Assembly: GCA_039208735.1 (NCBI GenBank) | Contig: JBCCQY010000025.1 | Span: forward strand, 1-64,000 | DNA: 64,000 nucleotides | Reading direction: 5' to 3' | Source of the DNA: Myxococcota bacterium | Lineage (GTDB): Bacteria > Myxococcota_A > UBA796 > GCA-2862545 | Shown: piece by piece, positions 1-8,186 of the stretch | How positions within the stretch are numbered: the first letter of the stretch is position 1 | How the letters are laid out: the number at the start of each line of letters is the position of its first letter | Made by a program: the position numbers and the translations under genes | The notes under the pieces: generated by a model | The model's database searches: none | What the model was told of the DNA's origin: nothing | Seen by the model: only the letters and a program-made list of their open reading frames with translations

Positions 1-2
1 CG

Positions 3-872
3 TTTGTGGGCGTGGCCGCAATGCAGGGTGTCGAGGCCGAGCGGTTTGACCTCAATGATCCGATTGGCCCGGTTCTTCCATTCGAAATGTCCGCGCCCAA
101 TGACGCACCCATTCGCTTTCGCCACGTGCTGACCCATCACAGCGGGATTCGCGATTCGGCAGAGTACGGCCAGGCGTACGCCCAAGGGGACCCGACGGTC
201 GCGTTGGGCGACTATCTCGCAAGCTATCTGGTGAAAGACGGCGCGAGGTGGCGCTCGAGCCACTTCGCGGGCCATGCGCCGGGGGCCCGGTTTGCGTATT
301 CGAACGTCGGTGCGGCCCTTGCGGGCTTCGCGTTGGGTGAAGTGGCCGGCGTGCCGTTTTCCGATCTGGTGAAGCGCGACATTCTTGAGCCATTGGGGAT
401 GGCGGATAGCGCGTACTACTTGGCGGACCTCCCGACGCCGCCCGCCGTGCCCTACGACCGCGATGGTGGCGATGCGTTCGCCCCCTGGCCGCAGTACGGC
501 TACCCGACCTACCCCGACGGGATGCTGCGTTCCTCGGCCCGCGACATGGCTCGCTACGTCGCAGCGATGGCCAACGGCGGAGAACTCGAGGGGACGCGGG
601 TGTTGACCGAAGCCTCGGTCGACCAAATGGTCACGGTGGACCCGGACCTTGGCACGGACGAAGATGGCCAGGCCATCGTATGGGCGATGCGAGAGCTGGA
701 AGGTCGGCCCCTCATCGGGCACAACGGACTCGACTTCGGATCGCTCTGTGAGGTCTGGTTCGACCCCGAATCGGGCGATGGCATTGTCTTGCTCATGAAC
801 GGATTCCCCTCGGTACCGTTCGGTGAGGTGATCGATCTCGAGGCCGCGCTGTTCGAGCTTGCCGAAGGGTAG
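3..872 (+). CDS. serine hydrolase, beta-lactamase class C family (5'-truncated by window edge)
   Basis: LTHHSG, FAYSN (YxN) and GHNG motifs; the SxxK motif would lie upstream of the window. Confidence 0.85.
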   Translation, partial: FVGVAAMQGVEAERFDLNDPIGPVLPFEMSAPNDAPIRFRHVLTHHSGIRDSAEYGQAYAQGDPTVALGDYLASYLVKDGARWRSSHFAGHAPGARFAYSNVGAALAGFALGEVAGVPFSDLVKRDILEPLGMADSAYYLADLPTPPAVPYDRDGGDAFAPWPQYGYPTYPDGMLRSSARDMARYVAAMANGGELEGTRVLTEASVDQMVTVDPDLGTDEDGQAIVWAMRELEGRPLIGHNGLDFGSLCEVWFDPESGDGIVLLMNGFPSVPFGEVIDLEAALFELAEG

Positions 873-892
873 GCTGGTCGCGGAGGCACGCG

Positions 893-2404
893 ATGGGTTG
901 GGTGGCCACGTCAGAGATTCAGGCGGCGGAGGTCGGTCGAGAGATCCTGAGGGCCGGAGGAAGCGCCGGTGACGCTGCGGTGGCGATGGCCGCAGCCCTC
1001 ACCGTTACCGAGCCCACCAGCAACGGACTGGGGGGCGACCTGTTCGCTCTTGTGCACGATGGCCGGCAGGTGCATGCCCTGGCCGCGAACGGCGCGAGCC
1101 CACGTGCCCTGCCTGTCGACGTCATTCGAGCCCAAAGTGGCAAGACCATGCCCCTTTACGGCTGGCCAACGGTCACCGTACCGGGGCAGATTTCGGGATG
1201 GGGAGCCCTCCACGAGCGGTTTGGACGCATTCCGTTCGCAGAACTCATGGAACCGGCCCGTCGACTGGCGAGCGAAGGCTTCGTGGTGGGAAGAATCACC
1301 GCGGCAGCTTGGGCCTTCGCGGCCCAGATCCACGGCGAGAGCAGTCCGACCTGGTCCAAGGCCTTCACCGACAACGGTGTCCCCCCGAAGGCTGGCGAGC
1401 GGTTCGTTGCCCCCGGGCATGCCGCGACGCTGTCCTGGCTTGCCCACGAGGGGCCCCAGGCGTTCTACAACGCCATTGCCGAGCGTATCGTCGCCTTCGC
1501 GGCGTCCACCGGAGGGTGGTTGACCCTGGAGGACTTCCGCGGCCATGAGGCCCGGTGGGTCGCACCGCTCGACGTGGCCTACGGAGGGTGGCGGGTGTTT
1601 GGAATGACGGCCCCGACCCAGGGCGTATGTGCGCTGACGGCCCTTGGGATGTTGCAAAGCCCGGACGCAGGGTCGCCCCGCGACATCCACCGCGCCATCG
1701 AGTCCATCAAGCTTGCCTTTGCGGACACTTCGGCAATCATGGCCGACCCAACCCACCTCCGCGTTGCGCCCGAAGCGTTGCTGACGCCGGACCATCTTGC
1801 GGCCCGCCGGGCTTGCCTTGGGGAGCATGCGGGTCCCAGTCCTGCACCTCCGGGAATCGATGGGGGCACCGTGTTGCTCTGCGTGGCCGACGATGCGGGA
1901 GTTGTGGCGAGCGTGATTCAATCGAACTTCTACGGATTCGGAAGCGGCTTGGTGGTGCCGGATCTAGGGATTGCCTTGCAGAACCGAGGGGCGGGGTTTT
2001 CGTTGGACCCCACCCATCCCAACGCCCTGGGGGCGGGCAAGCAGCCGTTCCATACGATTTTGCCGGGCTTGTTGCAGACCTCCCATGGGATGTCGCCGTT
2101 TGGGTGCATGGGTGGCCAAATGCAGCCGCAGGGACACGTGCAACTGGTGACCGCCTTGGCTCGCGGCGCAAGCCCCCAGGCGGCGATCGATGCCCCGCGC
2201 TGGCGCTGGCTTGAAGACGGGACGGTCGCCCTTGAAGTCGGGTTTTCGGAGGCGCTGGGCGATGACTTGGAGCGGCGTGGGCATCGGCTCCGTCGCAATG
2301 TGCCGTCCACCCAATTCGGCGGGGCTCAGATGCTCCTCCGCACGTCGAAGGGGTTCGAAGGAGGTAGCGATGCTCGTAAGGACGGCGCCAGCCTCGCGCA
2401 CTAG
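893..2404 (+). CDS. gamma-glutamyltransferase family protein (YwrD/HpxW-like, no signal peptide)
   Basis: GGSAGDAAVA, EPTSNGLGGD, autoproteolytic Thr in GGTV, IQSNFYGFGSG, PFHTI, GGQMQPQ, C-terminal DARKDG. Confidence 0.9.
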   Translation: MGWVATSEIQAAEVGREILRAGGSAGDAAVAMAAALTVTEPTSNGLGGDLFALVHDGRQVHALAANGASPRALPVDVIRAQSGKTMPLYGWPTVTVPGQISGWGALHERFGRIPFAELMEPARRLASEGFVVGRITAAAWAFAAQIHGESSPTWSKAFTDNGVPPKAGERFVAPGHAATLSWLAHEGPQAFYNAIAERIVAFAASTGGWLTLEDFRGHEARWVAPLDVAYGGWRVFGMTAPTQGVCALTALGMLQSPDAGSPRDIHRAIESIKLAFADTSAIMADPTHLRVAPEALLTPDHLAARRACLGEHAGPSPAPPGIDGGTVLLCVADDAGVVASVIQSNFYGFGSGLVVPDLGIALQNRGAGFSLDPTHPNALGAGKQPFHTILPGLLQTSHGMSPFGCMGGQMQPQGHVQLVTALARGASPQAAIDAPRWRWLEDGTVALEVGFSEALGDDLERRGHRLRRNVPSTQFGGAQMLLRTSKGFEGGSDARKDGASLAH

Positions 2405-3984
2405 CGCTTCCGCCGGGCCATCGCGACTGCTTCGGGGGTGTCGAGGTCAACCAAAATGGCATCGTCCTCCGCGGCAACCTCGATCACGTCGTCAGCGTGG
2501 GCGCCAATGATGTCCCTCGCTCCCTTGTCCCCTTCGATTTTCTGCAATGCTTCGAAGTGCTGGCGGGCCCACACCACAGGATTTCCTCGACGGCCCGCCC
2601 GAACGGGAACCACGATGGACGCTCCTGCCTCGGGAGCGAGTCGTTGGACCAGCGCCTCGACGTGGGAGGTCTGAATAAACGGCATGTCTCCCAGGGCGAT
2701 GAGCGCCCCGTCTACGCGGGCATCGGCCGCCAAGGCCTCGATGCCGCTGCGCAACGAGGTGCTCATGCCGTCTGTGTAGGCGGGGTTGTGCACGAATCGG
2801 ACCGGTCGCCCGGCCAGCGCCTGGCGTACGAGATCGGACTCGTGGCCCGTCACCACCACAATCTCGACGACCGAGCTGTCGAGCAAGGCGTCGACCACCC
2901 GTGTGACCATGGGTGAACCGTCGATTTCGACGAGGAGCTTGTTCTCATTGCCCATGCGGCGGGATTGTCCCGCGGCCAGCACTGCAGCACCGATTCGTAG
3001 GGGCGATTTGCCCACCTTTCCCTCCTTCTGCAGCCCACCGACGCCGAGCCGCATGATCGCGTGGCGATCAGGGGCATCCCCAGCAAGCACCCGGCGAAGC
3101 ACCACGTCAAAGCCTCCGGGGCGCGTGGTTCGGGCGCACCCGGGCACCCCGATGACCGCCGTGTCGTTGTAGTGCCCGAGGAACATCTGGTTGCCTGGGT
3201 CCATAGGCATGCCGAGGTGGTCGACCACGCCTCCGACGGCCTGCAGCGCGCTGGGCATCACGTCGTGGCGGTCCACGGTGGCCGAAGCGCCCATGAGGAG
3301 GACAGGCTTACAACCGCTGTCGAGGAGGTCTTGCAGCGCCGCGGTAAGTTCCTCCACCCGGTGCGGCACCTGCTCAACCCGGCCCAATCGCGAGCCATGT
3401 TGCTCCAGCCGGGCGCGTTGCGCAGCGATCGCCTTGGCGATCACCGATTCCTGTGTCCCCGGGAGTTCCGTTACGATCATGCCCGCCGTCTGCCGGGGCA
3501 ACGGTCGCACCGACAACAACCCCTTGGCGCGTGAAGCGCAGGCGCGGACCACGTGGCGAGGCGAGGCGAAGGGAATCACCTTGACCGTGGCGACGAGGGC
3601 ACCGGCTTCGACGACCGACCAGGGCGCGATGGTGGCCAAGGTGACGGACTCGTGCACCAGGTTCACATCATCGACGCCCATCCGGTCCACCCGGAAGACC
3701 CCCGGCACCCGTGCGTGAAGGTTCACCCGCCCGGTCCGTGCTTCCCGGGCCACGACGGTGTCCTCCTCGAGCGCGCTCGCCACCTCGGTCGCCGCCGCGT
3801 CCTCGTGCAGATCGTCGGGGTCGAGACGGGCCACCACAACCTCTTCGATGCCGGCTTGCTGCAGGGCCTCAAGGTGCGCCTCGGTCAGCACGGTGCCCTT
3901 GGGAATGTGGTGTCCACCTACCCGATGGGTGTGGGCGAGAATCGCACCGGCCGCGTCCAAACGAGGAACCGGTCCAAACCTCAC
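2401..3984 (-). CDS. mocA: MoeA-like molybdopterin-binding domain fused to MocA-type molybdenum cofactor cytidylyltransferase
   Basis: N-half has GMPMDPGN and GVPGCAR; C-half has LAAGQSRRMG.NKLL, GMSTSL, GDMP, GNPV, GDKGAR, DLDTPE; GTGA overlap with upstream gene. Confidence 0.85.
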   Translation of the reverse strand: MRFGPVPRLDAAGAILAHTHRVGGHHIPKGTVLTEAHLEALQQAGIEEVVVARLDPDDLHEDAAATEVASALEEDTVVAREARTGRVNLHARVPGVFRVDRMGVDDVNLVHESVTLATIAPWSVVEAGALVATVKVIPFASPRHVVRACASRAKGLLSVRPLPRQTAGMIVTELPGTQESVIAKAIAAQRARLEQHGSRLGRVEQVPHRVEELTAALQDLLDSGCKPVLLMGASATVDRHDVMPSALQAVGGVVDHLGMPMDPGNQMFLGHYNDTAVIGVPGCARTTRPGGFDVVLRRVLAGDAPDRHAIMRLGVGGLQKEGKVGKSPLRIGAAVLAAGQSRRMGNENKLLVEIDGSPMVTRVVDALLDSSVVEIVVVTGHESDLVRQALAGRPVRFVHNPAYTDGMSTSLRSGIEALAADARVDGALIALGDMPFIQTSHVEALVQRLAPEAGASIVVPVRAGRRGNPVVWARQHFEALQKIEGDKGARDIIGAHADDVIEVAAEDDAILVDLDTPEAVAMARRKR

Positions 3985-4658
3985 TTGGCTTGCCGTAGGG
4001 CTGAGGTCACTTGGGCCAAGGTTGCAATTGCGATTTCGGCGGGGCTCCGGGCCCCGATGGCCAGGCCGATGGGACCGTGGATCCGGTCGAGATCGGCGTC
4101 GTCAAACCCGAGCTTGGCGAGGCGTTGCCGCCGCTTGCCGTGGTTGCCCTTGCTTCCTAGCGCACCGATGTAGAACGCCCCGCTGCGTAGGGCCCCCTCG
4201 AGCGCGGGGTCATCGATCTTGGGGTCGTGGGTGAGCACGATGACGGCGGTCCGGGTGTGGGGGGGATGGGCCTCCATCCATTCGTCGGGCCACTCCACGT
4301 GCAGTTCGGTGTTGGGGAACCGCTCCGGGTTGGCCCACTGGCCTCGAGGATCCACAACGCTCACCGAGTAGCCGGCGAGTTTGGCCATGGGCACAAGGGC
4401 CTGCGCGATGTGGACCGCGCCCACCACGAGCATCTGTAAAGGAGGGTTGTAAGGCCGGACGAACCAGCTTCCATCCGCGTCTTCGACGGTCTGGGGCTTA
4501 TCGGTGCGCAAGGCTTGGATCACCGCTTCATGAAGCGCATCCGCCGTGTCATCGGGATGGATACGGCGTTGGGCTTGGGTCGCGAGATGGGTTGCGATCG
4601 CGACGGGTCGCTTGGCGGCGAGGTCTTCGCGAAGGGCCGAGAGCAGTTCGGGGCTCAT
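3981..4658 (-). CDS. XdhC family protein, C-terminal Rossmann-like domain
   Basis: VGAVHIAQAL, VDPR, LTHDPKIDDPAL, YIGALGS, PIGLAIGARSPAEIA. Confidence 0.9.
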   Translation of the reverse strand: MSPELLSALREDLAAKRPVAIATHLATQAQRRIHPDDTADALHEAVIQALRTDKPQTVEDADGSWFVRPYNPPLQMLVVGAVHIAQALVPMAKLAGYSVSVVDPRGQWANPERFPNTELHVEWPDEWMEAHPPHTRTAVIVLTHDPKIDDPALEGALRSGAFYIGALGSKGNHGKRRQRLAKLGFDDADLDRIHGPIGLAIGARSPAEIAIATLAQVTSALRQAK

Positions 4659-4972
4659 TGGATCGGCTCCACACGCACTTCGATGCGTCCTCCGCAGGCG
4701 AGCCCCACGGCCCAGGCCTCTTCGTTGCTCACGCCGAACTCAAGCAGCCGCGCCTGACCATCTTCCATCGCCTGGACCGCCTCTTCGATGACGGCCTTCT
4801 CGACGCAACCGCCGCTCACCGACCCCAAAAACTGCTGGTCGTCTCGCACCACCAGGTGGGAGCCAGCCGGACGTGGCGAACTTCCCCAGGTTTTCACGAC
4901 GGTGGCCAGGGCCACTCGGTGACCGTCCTGCAGCCAACGGGCTGCCTGCGAAAGCACCTCTTCGTGTTCCAT
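4655..4972 (-). CDS. XdhC/CoxI family N-terminal domain protein (105 aa)
   Basis: Start reassigned to ATG 4972 (MEHEEVL); ATVVKTWGSSPRPAG, GSVSGGCVE, GLACGG; ATGA overlap with downstream xdhC-C gene. Confidence 0.88.
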   Translation of the reverse strand: MEHEEVLSQAARWLQDGHRVALATVVKTWGSSPRPAGSHLVVRDDQQFLGSVSGGCVEKAVIEEAVQAMEDGQARLLEFGVSNEEAWAVGLACGGRIEVRVEPIQ

Positions 4973-5038
4973 CTGTTGCTCCCGTTCCGCTCGACCTCGA
5001 GTTGTATCTTCACGGCGACAGACCATACGGGCCCTTTC

Positions 5039-6253
5039 ATGGCACGGTTCGACGTCGATGCTCTGCGATCGGAGTTTCCGGGTTTGCACCAACACGTGCA
5101 CGGAAAGCCGCTCATCTATGCCGATAGCGCCGCTACCGCGCAAAAGCCAAAGGCGGTTCTCGCTGCCCTGTACGAGGCGAATGCGCTGTTGGCGGCCAAT
5201 GTGCACCGGGGGGTCCACGAGCTGTCTCGGCGTGCGACGGCCCAATATGAAGGAGCACGGGACATCATCGCGACGTTCCTCGGCGGCGTACCCCGCGAGG
5301 AGGTGGTGTTCACCCGTGGGGCGACCGAGGCCTTGAACCTGCTCGCCTATGGCCTGCAAACCCGCCTGTCGGTCGGAGATGAGGTGCTCGTCACCGGCAT
5401 GGAACACCACGCCAACCTCGTTCCCTGGCAGCTTGCGTGCGCTCGAAGCGGAGCAACCTTGCGCCACATTCCCGTGACCGACGAGGGGGCGCTCGACCTC
5501 GCGGCGGCCCCCTGGTCGCCGGCGACGAAGGTCGTGGGGGTCGTGCACGCGTCCAATACGCTGGGCACGATCAACCCGATTGCCCAGATCGCGGCCAAGG
5601 CCCATGAACACGGTGCGATCGTGGTCGTCGACGGTGCCCAGTGGGTGCCTCATGGACCCACGGATCCCGTAGCGTTGGGGGCCGACGCCTATGTGTTCTC
5701 GGGGCACAAGCTCTACGGTCCGACGGGCATCGGTGTGTTGTGGGCACGAACGTCGTTGCTCGAGTCGCTGCCCGTGTGGCAGGGCGGGGGCGACATGATC
5801 CGCTCGGTCACGCTGACCGAGAGCACCTTCGCCGACCTGCCACACCGGTTCGAGGCGGGCACGCCACCGATCGCCCAGGCCATCGGGCTTGCCGCGGCGA
5901 TCGAATGGGTGCAGGGCGTCGGTTGGGAGGAGTTGGGCGAGCACGAAGCCCAACTCACCGACGCACTCGACGCGATGCTTGCCGCGCTACCCCAAGTGCG
6001 GCGCATCGGGACGCACCGACCGCGCGTGTCCTTGGCTTCGTTCGTGTTCGATGGCATCCACGCCCATGACGTGGGCAGCATCGTCGACACCGAAGGGGTC
6101 GCGCTGCGGACGGGCCATCACTGCACCGAGCCCTTGATGGACCGCTTCGACGTCCCCGCCACGACACGCATCTCGCTCGCGGCCTACAACACCTTCGACG
6201 AGATCGAGCGGATCGGTCGAGCCCTCCGCACGGTCCTGGATGTGCTCGCATGA
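5039..6253 (+). CDS. sufS: group II cysteine desulfurase SufS
   Basis: Start reassigned to ATG 5039 (MARFDV); DSAATAQKP, ANVHRG, MEHHAN, PLP-Lys FSGHK, FEAGTP, RTGHHC. Confidence 0.93.
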   Translation: MARFDVDALRSEFPGLHQHVHGKPLIYADSAATAQKPKAVLAALYEANALLAANVHRGVHELSRRATAQYEGARDIIATFLGGVPREEVVFTRGATEALNLLAYGLQTRLSVGDEVLVTGMEHHANLVPWQLACARSGATLRHIPVTDEGALDLAAAPWSPATKVVGVVHASNTLGTINPIAQIAAKAHEHGAIVVVDGAQWVPHGPTDPVALGADAYVFSGHKLYGPTGIGVLWARTSLLESLPVWQGGGDMIRSVTLTESTFADLPHRFEAGTPPIAQAIGLAAAIEWVQGVGWEELGEHEAQLTDALDAMLAALPQVRRIGTHRPRVSLASFVFDGIHAHDVGSIVDTEGVALRTGHHCTEPLMDRFDVPATTRISLAAYNTFDEIERIGRALRTVLDVLA

Positions 6254-6669
6254 CCGACCCGCGCAAGTTGTATCCAAAAGAGATCCTTGAACACAGCAAG
6301 GATCCGCATCATCAGGGCAAACTTGCCGATGCCACCCACGCCCATCGATTGTCCAATCCACTGTGCGGGGACCGGGTCACGATCGCCGTTCGGGTGGTTG
6401 ACGATCAAATCGTCGAAGCGGCCTTCGAAGCGCGTGGTTGTGCCCTTTGTGTCGCATCGGCGTCCATGCTGACCGATTGGGTGAAAGGTCGAACTCCCTC
6501 CGAGGTCGAGCTGATCCAGGCGAGCGTGTGCCAGGCTGTGGATCCCGAAGGACCCGACGTGGAGGCTCCGGTGCAGGTCTGGACCGCCCTTCGGGCCTTT
6601 CCGGCACGGAAGCGATGTGCAACCCTTCCTTGGGAAGCATTGGCCGCCGCGCTGGCGAATCAAGATTGA
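6250..6669 (+). CDS. sufU: SufU/IscU-like sulfur-transfer or Fe-S scaffold protein
   Basis: NPLCGD, GCALCVASAS, RKRCATLPW; ATGA overlap with sufS. Confidence 0.88.
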   Translation: MTDPRKLYPKEILEHSKDPHHQGKLADATHAHRLSNPLCGDRVTIAVRVVDDQIVEAAFEARGCALCVASASMLTDWVKGRTPSEVELIQASVCQAVDPEGPDVEAPVQVWTALRAFPARKRCATLPWEALAAALANQD

Positions 6670-6680
6670 AAGCGGGGCTT

Positions 6681-6712
6681 CAATGTGTGTGAAAACGATT
6701 TCACACATATTG
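6681..6712. promoter_or_regulatory. near-perfect 32-bp AT-rich palindrome, LacI/CcpA-type operator-like, upstream of coxM
   Basis: CAATGTGTGTGAAA-ACGA-TTTCACACATATTG; 14-bp arms with 1 mismatch; core TGAAAACGATTTCA. Confidence 0.7.
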
Positions 6713-6802
6713 GGTTCCCAACGCGAAGCCAGAATTCATACGCCCTCCGGGCTTGCACCTGCTCGATCGCGGGTGCTTGGCCAACCCTGCCCGGAAGTGC
6801 CG

Positions 6803-7672
6803 ATGTACCCACCGAAATTCGACTATGTGAAGCCGTCGAACGTCGACGAAGTCCTCGACTTGCTTGCGAAGCACGAGTCTGAAGCCAAGATCGTGGCTGG
6901 CGGACAGTCGCTCATCCCGATGATGAAGCTACGCTTTGTGAATCCCGAGTTGTTGATCGACATCAACGGACTCACCGGTCTCGACAGCATCACCGAGAAT
7001 GGTGAACTGGTGATCGGCGCGATGTGTCGGCACCAGAGCCTCGCCGACCATGCGATGCTGAAGCAACGCTACCCGCTCATCACGTCGACCGGTCGATTGG
7101 TGGCGGACCCGCTCATCCGGAATCTTGGAACGGTTGGCGGCTCCTTGGTTCACGCCGACCCTCGGGCCGACTGGCCGTCCGTCATGCTCGCGATGAACGC
7201 GCGCCTTGTGGCGAAGTCGAAAGCTGGCGAACGCGAAATCCCGATTACGGACTTCATCGCAGGACCGCTCACCGTCAACCTCAAGCCGACCGAGATGATC
7301 ACCGCCATCAAGATTGCGAAGCCTACGGGGCGCAGCGGCGGTCACTACGTCAAGCTCGAACGGAAGGTTGGCGATTACGCCACGGCGGCGGCCGCAACCC
7401 ACATGGTGCTCGATGATCAAGGGCGTATCAGCTACGCCGGCATCGGACTCACCGGTGTAGGGTCGACCAACATCAAGGCGACGGCAGCCGAGCAAGCGCT
7501 CATCGGACAGGCGCCGAGCGATGCGTTGTTCGAGCAGGCGGGGCAGCTCGCCGCCCAAGCCACCTCGCCCAAATCCGACGTTCGGGGCTCGGCCACGTAC
7601 AAGCGTCACCTCACCGCAGTCTACGTTCGTCGGTCGCTTCAGCAGGCCGCCAAGATCGCCCAGTCGGCCTGA
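6803..7672 (+). CDS. coxM: aerobic carbon monoxide dehydrogenase medium (FAD) subunit
   Basis: Start reassigned to ATG 6803 (MYPPKFDY); AGGQSLIPMMKLR, RNLGTVGGS, HADP, KLERKVGDYA, DVRGS. Confidence 0.93.
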   Translation: MYPPKFDYVKPSNVDEVLDLLAKHESEAKIVAGGQSLIPMMKLRFVNPELLIDINGLTGLDSITENGELVIGAMCRHQSLADHAMLKQRYPLITSTGRLVADPLIRNLGTVGGSLVHADPRADWPSVMLAMNARLVAKSKAGEREIPITDFIAGPLTVNLKPTEMITAIKIAKPTGRSGGHYVKLERKVGDYATAAAATHMVLDDQGRISYAGIGLTGVGSTNIKATAAEQALIGQAPSDALFEQAGQLAAQATSPKSDVRGSATYKRHLTAVYVRRSLQQAAKIAQSA

Positions 7673-7683
7673 AGGAGGGAAAC

Positions 7684-8166
7684 ATGAATGTCACGATTAC
7701 CTTAAATGGAAGCGAGTTCTCGGCGGATGTCGAGCCGCGCACCCTCCTCGTCCACTTCATTCGCGAGACCGCGAACCTCACGGGGACGCACATTGGGTGC
7801 GACAGCTCCAACTGTGGCGCATGCACGGTGCTGGTCGACGGAATTCCGATCAAGTCCTGCACCTACCTGGCCGCGATGGCCAACGGCAAGGCCGTGACCA
7901 CAGTGGAGGGGCTGAAGCAGGGCGGCAAGCTGCACCCCATCCAGGAACAGTTCCGCGAGCAGCACGCGCTTCAGTGCGGCTACTGCACCCCCGGCATGAT
8001 GCTTACCGGCAAGTCGATCATCGAACGTTACCCAAATCCGACCGAAGAGCAGATTCGGTGGGAGATTTCAGGTCAGCTGTGTCGGTGCACCGGGTACCAG
8101 AACATCGTCAAGGCCATCCAGGCGGCTGCCGCGCAATCGCGCGGTGAGTCCACCGAGTCCATCTGA
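7684..8166 (+). CDS. coxS: aerobic carbon monoxide dehydrogenase small (2x[2Fe-2S]) subunit
   Basis: GCDSSNCGAC..SC, QCGYCTPG, CRCTGY; RBS GGAGG. Confidence 0.95.
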   Translation: MNVTITLNGSEFSADVEPRTLLVHFIRETANLTGTHIGCDSSNCGACTVLVDGIPIKSCTYLAAMANGKAVTTVEGLKQGGKLHPIQEQFREQHALQCGYCTPGMMLTGKSIIERYPNPTEEQIRWEISGQLCRCTGYQNIVKAIQAAAAQSRGESTESI

Positions 8167-8186
8167 GCGGCGCAGGAGACCCACCC

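Noticed and set aside
3981..4972. Frameshifted xdhC pseudogene
   Set aside because: The two halves have a clean ATGA stop/start overlap and intact motifs, and split XdhC pairs are a known arrangement.
4592..5953. Apparent long overlapping N-terminal extensions in the ORF track (also 12897-14507, 19063-20049, 27868-29115, 33441-36080, 42108-43277, 51425-54055)
   Set aside because: Artefacts of calling the longest ORF; the recognisable domains and RBS or stop/start overlaps support the shorter starts given in features.
6688..6705. CRP/FNR/CooA box upstream of coxM
   Set aside because: The TGTGA and TCACA half-sites are separated by 8 bp rather than 6, and the central CG fits LacI-type sites better.
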